Virus record (IMG/VR): IMGVR_UViG_3300020603_000009
Length of the DNA: 64,000 bases
Direction: 5' to 3' (one strand)
Origin: an uncultured virus (IMG/VR IMGVR_UViG_3300020603_000009)
Lineage: Duplodnaviria; Heunggongvirae; Uroviricota; Caudoviricetes
In this document: piece by piece, positions 35,216-44,928 of the stretch
How the letters are laid out: each line of letters starts with the position of its first letter
Position numbering within the stretch: position 1 is the stretch's first letter
Notes under the pieces: model-generated
Seen by the model: the letters and a program-made list of their open reading frames with translations, nothing else
Told to the model about the DNA's origin: nothing
Databases searched by the model: none
Position numbers and translations under genes: made by a program

Positions 35216-36235
35216 CTAAAAATCCAATCTAACTCTTAATATCATTTCATTTGTCGGATCTTTCTTTAGAGGTTCACTTAATTTAGCCACAGCAAGTAAT
35301 TCGTTATCTGCTGAGTAAAGACCAACTGAAGTTATATAACTTACAGGATTGTCGATAGCATTATTCTTGACAACAATCTTACTTGAACTTAAATATGTTG
35401 GATTAGAACTATAATTAAATTCATTATGGTTTAATCTACAGAAATAAATTGTTGAATTAAGCTCTGTTGTATTGTTGAATTCAACATTATTTATTCTTCT
35501 TCTCAACGAATCAGCAGCAACCTGCATCGAACTTGTTTGGAAAAGATTGCTCACATTTCCAGTTGAGCCGGTCATAGTTGCTCCAACAAATAGTGAAGCA
35601 GTAAGAACAGCAATACCGGCTTGATAAAATAGCAATCCTACACCGGTTCCTTCAACAGCAGCAGAGCCGGTATATAAAATACCATATTCACCGGCTGGGG
35701 AATTTACACGATATTCATTTTGAGCGCCATAATCACCAACAACTTTTAAAGTTCCGTCATATGGAGTACTAAATGAACCGGTTCCAAGACTTAATCTAAA
35801 TGTATCTTTTTTGATTTCATCTTTAACAAGAAGTCTTGAGAAGTTTACGAAAAATACTTCTTTTAATTTTGGACCGCCACCAACAATATTGCCATCTTGA
35901 TCAAATTCAAGTATGCTTCCAGTGATATCATTACCAGCAAGAACTTGCGCCATTTGATTATAGACATTTATTTTTTTAGCATTTTGTTGATTCAACGAAC
36001 TTGATAATGCTGAATTTGGACTGAATCCAACAGTTATATCAAATATATGATTTGCTGATGAACTTAGATAAGGATAATCATATACAGATTGAAACATGCC
36101 GTGAGCATAATTTTTAATATTATTATCTGAATATGTTCCCGATACTATTGTTCCTGTAATTGGAATTGATTCGTGTAATAATGTTCTTGTCGAAACAACA
36201 TCGTTATTTAGAAATGTTTTATATATTGTTGCCAT
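35216..36235 (-). CDS. Baseplate/fibre-attachment-type structural protein
   Basis: EFNYSSNPTY...YITSVGLY...ELLAVAKLSEPLKK...RVRLDF; SD AGGAG. Confidence 0.65.
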   Translation of the reverse strand: MATIYKTFLNNDVVSTRTLLHESIPITGTIVSGTYSDNNIKNYAHGMFQSVYDYPYLSSSANHIFDITVGFSPNSALSSSLNQQNAKKINVYNQMAQVLAGNDITGSILEFDQDGNIVGGGPKLKEVFFVNFSRLLVKDEIKKDTFRLSLGTGSFSTPYDGTLKVVGDYGAQNEYRVNSPAGEYGILYTGSAAVEGTGVGLLFYQAGIAVLTASLFVGATMTGSTGNVSNLFQTSSMQVAADSLRRRINNVEFNNTTELNSTIYFCRLNHNEFNYSSNPTYLSSSKIVVKNNAIDNPVSYITSVGLYSADNELLAVAKLSEPLKKDPTNEMILRVRLDF

Positions 36236-36252
36236 CTTTTTCTCCTAATCTA

Positions 36253-37200
36253 TCAAGTTGGTGGTGTGTATTTTATAAATCTTACAGGAATATCAACTCT
36301 ATAGCCTGTTGTAGCGCCAATTACTCTGATATTTGTATCGATATATTTTACTGGTTTTGTGCCCTCTTTTAAACCAGTAATATTATCTTCTCCACCAAGT
36401 TGATCAAACAAGAAAGTGGTATTCTGTAAGTCAATTGATGATCTAATAGAAAAATTTAATCTTGTTCCTCTTGGACCGGTTATAACTTGTCCATTACCAG
36501 CAGCATTAGTTAAATTATCTATCTCATTAACAAAAGCAGTATCGCTTCCAAGTGAAAAGAAATAACTCGCTATATTATCATCATCTATATAAGAAGCTCT
36601 CGCAACCGTGCTGCCATTTTGTCCCGGAGCAATAATATTGCCAAGTCGATTATCAATTTCTATAATATATTGAGTTTCAATTAAATCAGCATCTAGTCCA
36701 TTTGTTGGAGAAACTTCATAATTTGTATCTAAACCTTGATCTATTTGTACATAATTATTTGTTGTTTCATTTACGGTTACGCCTTTTAATGTGCCAACAA
36801 CTGTTGTACCATCGGTCGTCAACATTATATCTTCTGTAGTTTCATCAACGGCGACCAAAAAAGAACCATTAGCATATCTTTTTGTTAGGCTGTTTATTTC
36901 ATTTAATTTAAGAACTGGGAGATACAAAAGATTATTTCTTGATATTGTCATCAATTTTGATTTAAGACCGGCAGCGTTATCTGTAAATGCCTCAAGAATT
37001 GGTGTCTGTAATATACTCAAATCATAATAAGCAGAGCCGCTTGTATTATTTTTGTCGTAGAGACGATAATTTATTTCATCATCACCAAGAGCAAACTTGG
37101 CAACTCTAAAGCTTCCATCGCCTTTTGCTAATCTGTATCTTCCTGTATCTGTTAATACAGCATCCAAAATTATGTCGCCACTGTTATCAAGAAATGCCAT
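36253..37200 (-). CDS. Structural protein (baseplate/tail-fibre base type)
   Basis: DAVLTDTGRYRLAKG...FALGDDEINY N-terminus; SD AGGAG. Confidence 0.6.
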   Translation of the reverse strand: MAFLDNSGDIILDAVLTDTGRYRLAKGDGSFRVAKFALGDDEINYRLYDKNNTSGSAYYDLSILQTPILEAFTDNAAGLKSKLMTISRNNLLYLPVLKLNEINSLTKRYANGSFLVAVDETTEDIMLTTDGTTVVGTLKGVTVNETTNNYVQIDQGLDTNYEVSPTNGLDADLIETQYIIEIDNRLGNIIAPGQNGSTVARASYIDDDNIASYFFSLGSDTAFVNEIDNLTNAAGNGQVITGPRGTRLNFSIRSSIDLQNTTFLFDQLGGEDNITGLKEGTKPVKYIDTNIRVIGATTGYRVDIPVRFIKYTPPT

Positions 37201-37239
37201 TATGTATTCTCCTACGGTATAAATAGTGTTTTATGGATA

Positions 37240-40200
37240 TTATTCTGGTTTGTAATTAAATTTAAACTTAAATTCACATTTTTTACCAGTTTGTTTTGAA
37301 GTTAACACCATTTTAAATGTTTTTCCCCAAGGAACAGCAACATCAGACAATCCAAGTTTTATTTTTCTTAATGATTGTTGTGCTGTTGTATCGTTTTGTA
37401 TTTGTGAAGTTTCAGAATTTAAAAATGTATGTTGAGAAGCTGGTTTTATTTTGATAAATCTTCTTATTTCTTTTACATTTGAATATGTTGGTTTTTCAAA
37501 TTCATAATTTTTAATTATTGGAAATACCATACCTTTTTCATTCACCATTTCAACTTCGAATATTTGACTTGGATTGGATAATTTTTCGTGAGTATCTACT
37601 GTTCTAAAACAATAATAATATTTTTTATTTGGTTCTATTGTATCAATAAAAGTTGCCGCACTAGCATTTTGTATGGTTGCTGGATCCACATCAGTATTTA
37701 CTAATTTTATAAATCCTTTTGAGAAATCAGAATACGAATTTGGTTTATTTTCTAATTTCATAATTTCAAATCTTTTTGCTATATCATCAGATTTATATAA
37801 AACAGTATTGTTTAAGTTTCTTTTATATAAAGATGTTATTTGTTGATCTGAGTTTAATATATTGATCGGTTCTAATTTTTCTTCCCCAGTTCTTCCATTT
37901 AAGAATAATCCAATTTTATTATCTACACCAAAATAAGGCACAAACAATATTTCTGGAGATAGAGGAGGAGTGTCAGCAACTCTTTTTGTTGCTGACAAAA
38001 GTTCAACTTCCATTAAATTGGCTTCTGGTAAATTTTCAACATCAATCTTAAAGGTATCGGCAGTTGTTCCTTGGTTATTGTATTTTTGAGTTATTCTATT
38101 TCCCAAAACAAATTGATAAGCAAATATTTTATATACATATTCTTTTTCGTATTTAACTTGAGTATCTACAATGCTTAATACATCTAAATCTGGATTGTTT
38201 GGAATCCAATAATTTTGTATAGGCGAATTACTTCCAACTTCGTATTTTGATATTCTAAATGCTACTGTCTCATTATAACATTTTTTACCATCTAGAATAT
38301 CTCGATATGTTCTATAGCTGCCTCTTACAAATGTATTTAATTTAGAATTAAATATAATATTTCTCAATCCATTTACAAAACTCATAGAGTTTGTATTTGT
38401 TCTCATATATTTTGTTGTATCACCTATAACAGTATAGTCTGATTTATTTAAATCTATTGGACTTTGTTTAATATCTTCCAATAAATCAGAAATATTTAAA
38501 ATATTTATATTTTTTCTTTTTGAACTAAATGTTTGACTTGTTTCTGTTTGTTGATTACCTGGATTTATTTTTTGAGTAAAAAGTGTTTCTGTAATAATAG
38601 ATTCTTTGGATTGAAATCGCCTCTGAGAATACAAATCATATAACTTCATCATAAAGCTATCGAGCAAATCTGAATCCATCAAGGTTCTTGTTATAGTTGT
38701 TGTTTTGTCTGTTGGAATCGATAATTCTACCGACATTGGAAACATATATTTCTTTTTATTTATTTCATTTAATTTGCTTGTTGAATCAGATAATAAAATT
38801 ATATTATTAAGTTTCTTATTATAAGAATTATATAAATTTTTATTAGTTGTTTTTAAATTTTCATAATTTAAACCAAATAAATCAAAATATTCTCCAATTC
38901 CATCTTTTATGCCAAAAACAACTCTTTCAGAACTGTTTAGTAAAAATCGATTCCCATTTTGTACTTGTCCATCCAAAGCCGCGAGTGAAGATAGGAAATC
39001 TTTATCTTCTGTTTTTTCTTCAAGGATGGCATTTAAAACATATAAATTTGGAAAAACATTTTCTTGTGATTCGGAATATTCTTTCGTAGCTATTTTTTCA
39101 TATTCTTTAATATAAAAATTATAATTTTCTTTTATATCAATAATAGAAGCGCCAATTAAATTTAATGTGTTTAATAATTCAGAATTTTCAAAAGGTAATT
39201 GTAATGAAAAACTATTATCAAATAAATCAATATTTTCATTTACTAATTGTTCAAAATTAAATGTATTTTTATTTTGATTTAATATAGAACCAGTAAAAGA
39301 ATCCCCGATTATAAAACTGTTTTTAAATCTTTCTGAGTCTTGTGAATTTCTAACTCTTAAATCTGAACCAAACCTAAAGGAATAACTCTCTAAAGAAGCA
39401 CTGTTTAATGTAGCACTATTATCAAATGTGCTAAGTTTATCTAATCTTGTTGTATAGTATTTTTTAAAATTTAAATTTTTATAAAATTTTAAATTAGAGT
39501 TTGTATCGAGAACATAAAAAGAACCGTTAAAATACTTTATATGATCTGTAATTAAGCTTTTTTCTATACCATAATCTCTTGATAAGTTTGCTATTGGAAC
39601 GGCATAATCATCTCTGTCTATTATTGTGGCAGTTCTGCCTAATCCAAGAAAAGGTGAATCTTGAAATGCTGATAAGTTAGGAGAAATCGATTGTTGCGAT
39701 TGAGAATCTAAAGCGTTTATAGCGTCTTCAGATGGCTCTGGTGGCTCTTCTGTTGCTACGGTATTACCAGAATTATTATCATATGAAGGGATTTTAGGTC
39801 TAAACATATCTCTAACTGGCTCCGCTAAAGAAGTGATGCCACCTTGTGGTAATCTGCCTCTTAAATCAGCCAATCCGATTGCGCCAGAAGTGCCAGCAGC
39901 TGCTTGTGTTCCATTTTGTCCCGCTGCGGTGTCGTCATCATCTACACCTTGTTCGTTCATGTTGGCTAGAATGTTTTCTAAATCTCTACAGCCACTTCTA
40001 AAACCTAAAACAGATGGCGGTCTAATTTGTATAACACCTTCTGGTAATGTTTTTCCAGTTGAAAGCCAGCCAGCCTGATAATTCATTATATTAAAGCTAA
40101 AACCTCTTTCTTCTGCTGGAGGTTCATAGGAATTTCTTTCAGCATCGGCGGCGCCTTTACTTCTTATATCTAATATTTTATTTCTAGCATTTTGTTTTGC

Positions 40201-40245
40201 TGCTTCTTTTGCTGCCGCTATTGCTTGTTGTCTATTATTTGCCAT
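37240..40245 (-). CDS. Large hypothetical virion-associated protein
   Basis: 1001 aa; FnIII-like strands DTQVKYEKEYVYKI and DTIEPNKKYYYCFR. Confidence 0.7.
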   Translation of the reverse strand: MANNRQQAIAAAKEAAKQNARNKILDIRSKGAADAERNSYEPPAEERGFSFNIMNYQAGWLSTGKTLPEGVIQIRPPSVLGFRSGCRDLENILANMNEQGVDDDDTAAGQNGTQAAAGTSGAIGLADLRGRLPQGGITSLAEPVRDMFRPKIPSYDNNSGNTVATEEPPEPSEDAINALDSQSQQSISPNLSAFQDSPFLGLGRTATIIDRDDYAVPIANLSRDYGIEKSLITDHIKYFNGSFYVLDTNSNLKFYKNLNFKKYYTTRLDKLSTFDNSATLNSASLESYSFRFGSDLRVRNSQDSERFKNSFIIGDSFTGSILNQNKNTFNFEQLVNENIDLFDNSFSLQLPFENSELLNTLNLIGASIIDIKENYNFYIKEYEKIATKEYSESQENVFPNLYVLNAILEEKTEDKDFLSSLAALDGQVQNGNRFLLNSSERVVFGIKDGIGEYFDLFGLNYENLKTTNKNLYNSYNKKLNNIILLSDSTSKLNEINKKKYMFPMSVELSIPTDKTTTITRTLMDSDLLDSFMMKLYDLYSQRRFQSKESIITETLFTQKINPGNQQTETSQTFSSKRKNINILNISDLLEDIKQSPIDLNKSDYTVIGDTTKYMRTNTNSMSFVNGLRNIIFNSKLNTFVRGSYRTYRDILDGKKCYNETVAFRISKYEVGSNSPIQNYWIPNNPDLDVLSIVDTQVKYEKEYVYKIFAYQFVLGNRITQKYNNQGTTADTFKIDVENLPEANLMEVELLSATKRVADTPPLSPEILFVPYFGVDNKIGLFLNGRTGEEKLEPINILNSDQQITSLYKRNLNNTVLYKSDDIAKRFEIMKLENKPNSYSDFSKGFIKLVNTDVDPATIQNASAATFIDTIEPNKKYYYCFRTVDTHEKLSNPSQIFEVEMVNEKGMVFPIIKNYEFEKPTYSNVKEIRRFIKIKPASQHTFLNSETSQIQNDTTAQQSLRKIKLGLSDVAVPWGKTFKMVLTSKQTGKKCEFKFKFNYKPE

Positions 40246-40266
40246 ATATATTCCTAAATAATTATA

Positions 40267-43200
40267 TCACATTCCTCTAATTCTTGTTGCTCTTTGTCTT
40301 ATATTCTGTTCGACTTGTGTTGTTTTTTTAGAGATATTTCTATTTGGAATATGATTACTGCTTCTAAAATTATTTGATATATTTGATTCTTGAACCGCCA
40401 AAGATAATGCTTGAGCAGCCGCAAAAGCAGATGCTGGAGTTGGTGGTTTTCCGACCTTTACATCTATATTTTTATTTATATCTTTTGCTACAATATCTTT
40501 AATATCTTTAATATTAGTTATTTGTCTGTTTCCGGAACTATCAGTTCTTATTATTTCAATACTCATTGGAATCATTGTGGGCGCTGTAGCTATATTTGTA
40601 GACTCTCTTATTCTTATTCCCGGAAAACCTTGTCTTAATGAATCTAATAAGTTTTCAACAATAGGATTACTAAATATTCTATCTCTTGTTAATGGTGGCG
40701 CTTCTGGTAGTGCTGTTGTTTTTATTATAAAATACTTATCATAATATCTTTTTTCTAAATCAGAAGAAGAGCGAATTTTTAAATTTAAATTTTCAAAAGA
40801 CTTGATACGACATAATATTTCTTTTTCTGCTTGTATGCTATCAATATATTCTTTATCCAAGGTTTTCCAAATTGGATTATTTAAATTTAAATCATCGGTG
40901 TTTTCTATTTTTTCAAAACCACTTAAATATTGAACTTCAGCAATCATTTCAAAATTAAAATAATTTATTGTTTTATTTTTTATATAAGTTGAAAAATTAG
41001 CCGTATAATCTAGATTACCATTTATGTTTGTTGATAATTGTTGTGGTTTTAAAATCAAAGCTCTGATTTGATTTGGAATCTTGTTTAGTTTAGATACGCT
41101 AAAAGTTCTTCTTCCATCAAATCCTAGAACTCTACCATTTATGATTTTAATGCTATTAGCATTTTTATTCGCAAGTTCTTTAACATAATCTAATTCTGTA
41201 TTGGAAATGATATTATTTATGTTAGCCGAAGAGTTTGTTGTGTATGATAAATTATTTGATTGTTTATTTCTTATAGCGCCAGAAGAAAGTGAACCCATCA
41301 AATTATTTAATGATTTTATATTAGAATTTCCAAGAACAACTGCGGAATCTGATGTTTGAAATTTGTTAATTGTAATACTAGCAAAATCTGAAAATAAATC
41401 ATTTAATTTTCTCGATGTTCTTACTTGCTCTCTTACTCTGGCTGCGGTTCTTTCGGAAGGAGATAAATTGGGTCTTTCTTGTTGTTCATTAGAAATTCTT
41501 TGACGATTTTTTCCATTCACATCCAGTTTAAAATTTAAAATATCCGCATAAATAGAAAGAGCTTTTTCGTATTGCGTTGATGAATTATAAAAATTTTCTA
41601 ATACTCTATTTTGTCCGGTATTGTTGTCGTTTTCAGTTCCAGAAAAAACAACAGATCTATTTCGAAAATCTAAACGAGTTGGAGTGAAAAAAGAATATTT
41701 TATATTTTCCGATACTGCTTGTTGTTCTCCGGAGAAATTAAGTGTTAAGTTTTCACCGGTAAAGAATTTAGACATCTCATTTGAAACTCTTTCAACAAGT
41801 TTATTTTTGTTTAAAACGGCTAATCCATCTTGCCTTCCTAATTCGCCTGGTGTTGTTGATAAATAATCGATATTAAAAGATTTTAAAAAGTTAGAATCAA
41901 ATATTTCACTAAAGAACTTAACAACCTTAAAACTCTTACTTGTTCTAGAACTCAAAGGAGAAACAGCAGACACATCATTTCTGTTTTCTACATGTATATC
42001 AAATGTATTCGATAATGAAGATATAAAATAATCGATTAGTTCAATTATTTTTGATATTATACTTGGATTTGTTGAATTAGGCATTAAATTTGTTGATAGA
42101 AAATTAATCATATTTCTTCTATCATCATCGGTTTGTATGCTATTACTGAAAACATCTAAAGCAGTTCCAAAAATAGCAACAGAATTTACCCAAGGAGCAG
42201 TGGCAGCTTTATTTCCTCTATATTCTCTCAATAAATTACTAACTAATTGTGGAGAAAGTTTATTAGAAACTATATCATATCCATAATCAGTTATTACGGA
42301 ATTATTTGAAGTTTCTTTTGGGGAATCTATGTGTGGATCTTGTGATTCTAATAAAAATTTTCTCATAGTTGGCTTACTAACTTTATTGTAATACTCAGTA
42401 AGCTGGTTTTTTGCCAAACTAAGATTTAGTAATTGATCTTTTATAACTTGTATCGTTCCATCTTCCAATTCAAATTCAATATAATATTGATAAACTCCAT
42501 CACTTAATTGTTTAAAGGTTTTATCTACACCGGTAAAATATCTCATAAATTCATTATCATTATCGACAAGCAGTTCTGTTTCTCTTATGCTTGCCTTTTC
42601 ATTATTTAAGTCTAATAAATTTTTCCAAGATATATCTTTTGTTTGTAAAATCAATTCATCGGGTTCATTTTCATCTAATTTTTCTAAATTTAATCTAGCA
42701 CCGGTATTATCTAATAAAACAGAATTTTTTATTCTTCTTCTAAAAAGTTTTAAATCTAAAATTTTTGTATTTGAGATTGTTTCCCTTTTAAAAGTCTCGT
42801 TATTTGAATCGTATAATTTTGAAAATTTAGAATAATTTTTTAATATATTTACAAATTCAATACCAAATAAAAATTTAACATTTCCTTCAGAATCAATAGA
42901 AGAAAACGCATCAGTAAATTCAGACATATTTTTATCAGCTTTGTAATCAACTGATTGTATTTTAGTAAATTGCCTTAATGTGTTGTTTAAGCTAAAAGAA
43001 TTTTTTATAGGAACACCTTGAGCATTATATTGTTGATTAAAATCTAAAAACATTCTTTCTATTTCAGCAAGGTTTCTGAAATCTTGTATTTTAGTGTTAG
43101 AAACTGTAATTCTGGAAAGTGTTATTGAGTTAGTAGTTTCATCGTCTCCACTTCTCCACTCTCCAGCATCATTTTGATGGACCGGTCCAGACCAAGCCAC

Positions 43201-43887
43201 GCCATTATTATCAACATATACATAACTATAACCGGCTATTTTTGAATCTTGTATTATTACTTCTGAAACGACTTTACCGTTTTCTTCAAGTGATTCTCCT
43301 ATATCATAGTCGATTCTTAAATCAGAACATAATGTTGGTAAATCAATAGAACAAACAGCAAAATACGCTAAATGTTGTGGTTCAACATTATTTTGTAATG
43401 AAAAATTTGCTTTATATGATATTTCGTATACCTTTTGTCCGTCGCTATTTGTATAGGCGGGATAATCTTTTATGTTTTTATTTCCAGTATCCGAAAGAGA
43501 AACGGCAACTCTTGTTGTTTTTGTTTCTAATAATCTTAATAATTCTCTTAAACTTTTCTTTCCAGTTAAATAAGAAAGTGCTTTAATTCTTGTATCTGCT
43601 GTTGATTTTTTACCTCTAGAAAGATTACACAATTGTATCATATCGTTCGAAAACGAAAGTGCCTCTGTTAATTGCGCATCAGTCGACTGAACAACATCGA
43701 TTAAGATATATTTTTTAATATTTATATCATCAAACCAGCTACCAAAAAAATTATTATCTAATACTTCTTTTATGTTTAACTCGACACTTATTATTAGATT
43801 ATCTGATTGATTTGATAAAGTAATTTTTTCAATAGATACTCTTGGAAGTATACCAGATAAAATTTCTTCTTGTGTTGTAGCAGCCAC
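40267..43887 (-). CDS. Large hypothetical protein
   Basis: 1206 aa; GTG start with SD GAGGT. Confidence 0.7.
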   Translation of the reverse strand: MAATTQEEILSGILPRVSIEKITLSNQSDNLIISVELNIKEVLDNNFFGSWFDDINIKKYILIDVVQSTDAQLTEALSFSNDMIQLCNLSRGKKSTADTRIKALSYLTGKKSLRELLRLLETKTTRVAVSLSDTGNKNIKDYPAYTNSDGQKVYEISYKANFSLQNNVEPQHLAYFAVCSIDLPTLCSDLRIDYDIGESLEENGKVVSEVIIQDSKIAGYSYVYVDNNGVAWSGPVHQNDAGEWRSGDDETTNSITLSRITVSNTKIQDFRNLAEIERMFLDFNQQYNAQGVPIKNSFSLNNTLRQFTKIQSVDYKADKNMSEFTDAFSSIDSEGNVKFLFGIEFVNILKNYSKFSKLYDSNNETFKRETISNTKILDLKLFRRRIKNSVLLDNTGARLNLEKLDENEPDELILQTKDISWKNLLDLNNEKASIRETELLVDNDNEFMRYFTGVDKTFKQLSDGVYQYYIEFELEDGTIQVIKDQLLNLSLAKNQLTEYYNKVSKPTMRKFLLESQDPHIDSPKETSNNSVITDYGYDIVSNKLSPQLVSNLLREYRGNKAATAPWVNSVAIFGTALDVFSNSIQTDDDRRNMINFLSTNLMPNSTNPSIISKIIELIDYFISSLSNTFDIHVENRNDVSAVSPLSSRTSKSFKVVKFFSEIFDSNFLKSFNIDYLSTTPGELGRQDGLAVLNKNKLVERVSNEMSKFFTGENLTLNFSGEQQAVSENIKYSFFTPTRLDFRNRSVVFSGTENDNNTGQNRVLENFYNSSTQYEKALSIYADILNFKLDVNGKNRQRISNEQQERPNLSPSERTAARVREQVRTSRKLNDLFSDFASITINKFQTSDSAVVLGNSNIKSLNNLMGSLSSGAIRNKQSNNLSYTTNSSANINNIISNTELDYVKELANKNANSIKIINGRVLGFDGRRTFSVSKLNKIPNQIRALILKPQQLSTNINGNLDYTANFSTYIKNKTINYFNFEMIAEVQYLSGFEKIENTDDLNLNNPIWKTLDKEYIDSIQAEKEILCRIKSFENLNLKIRSSSDLEKRYYDKYFIIKTTALPEAPPLTRDRIFSNPIVENLLDSLRQGFPGIRIRESTNIATAPTMIPMSIEIIRTDSSGNRQITNIKDIKDIVAKDINKNIDVKVGKPPTPASAFAAAQALSLAVQESNISNNFRSSNHIPNRNISKKTTQVEQNIRQRATRIRGM

Positions 43888-43899
43888 TTTTATACCTCT

Positions 43900-44928
43900 T
43901 TAACACTTCTTAACATCATCTTCGTTATAAGATGGTGAATACAAATCGCCTGAAGTTCTTTGTTGTTCGGCTAATTGTTCGTTATATTCCGCACAATCAT
44001 ACATCGGATCGTATAGCGTATTGTTGTCTTTCATCTTATTAATTAATTGGCAAATAAGATTTTTTTCTATTTCATTATCAATTAATATATTAAAAAAATT
44101 CTCAACTCTAAACTGATCTGTATTCTTTTGTTGATTTAAAATAGAACTGGTTTCTATATCTGTTGTTTGTGGATCTAATAAAATTCCATTCTTATAGTCT
44201 TCAAATTTTTGGTCGAAATGTAGTGGAATATAACTTTCTTCACCGGTAGTTTCATTCTGTTCGCAAATAAACATTTCTATATCAAAATTTTTCATTTCAT
44301 TTTCAACATTCTTTTCTAAAACTTCAATTAATAGATAATCTTCCTCTAAAGCAACTGAAGTACCATCTTGATATGTTGATATGTATGTAATACCTTCTGA
44401 GGATTGAGGTTGACTTCCAACTCTTTTTTCTGATAGTAGATAATCTACATCTTTTAATTGTAATAGTGGAGTTTTAATTAATGGTTTTGAATCTAGTGAA
44501 CCGGTTTGTAATAATGTTGTTGATTCTATTTCTCCATTTAACATTGTTATATTTAAAGAAGCAACTTTATTATCTCCGAGAAAGGAAGTTCCAATTCTAT
44601 TGTTTAATACATGGTGTTTATCTGCCGTTGGAACGAGTCTAAGTGAATCCAGTGTTTCTTTTCCGGATTTTATTAATTCTAAATTCTTTTTTACTTGTTC
44701 TTCTATTCCAGTAAAAACATATTGAACTTTTGGTCTTGGAACGCTTTTTATTCTTTCAACAGCAGTTCCATTATTTTCTTCAACACCAGCATATTTCGCA
44801 TCATAAATAACATCATCATCAAAGAAAGCATAATATACAGGTTTTAATTTTCCTCGTGAAAGAAGATATTTTCCATATTGCGTTAATTCAATTTCTATAA
44901 CTTCTTCTTTTTGATTAAAAAAGGTCAT
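43900..44928 (-). CDS. Structural protein, N-terminal paralogue of 36253..37200
   Basis: IELTQYGKYLLSRG...YYAFFDDDVIYD. Confidence 0.65.
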   Translation of the reverse strand: MTFFNQKEEVIEIELTQYGKYLLSRGKLKPVYYAFFDDDVIYDAKYAGVEENNGTAVERIKSVPRPKVQYVFTGIEEQVKKNLELIKSGKETLDSLRLVPTADKHHVLNNRIGTSFLGDNKVASLNITMLNGEIESTTLLQTGSLDSKPLIKTPLLQLKDVDYLLSEKRVGSQPQSSEGITYISTYQDGTSVALEEDYLLIEVLEKNVENEMKNFDIEMFICEQNETTGEESYIPLHFDQKFEDYKNGILLDPQTTDIETSSILNQQKNTDQFRVENFFNILIDNEIEKNLICQLINKMKDNNTLYDPMYDCAEYNEQLAEQQRTSGDLYSPSYNEDDVKKC

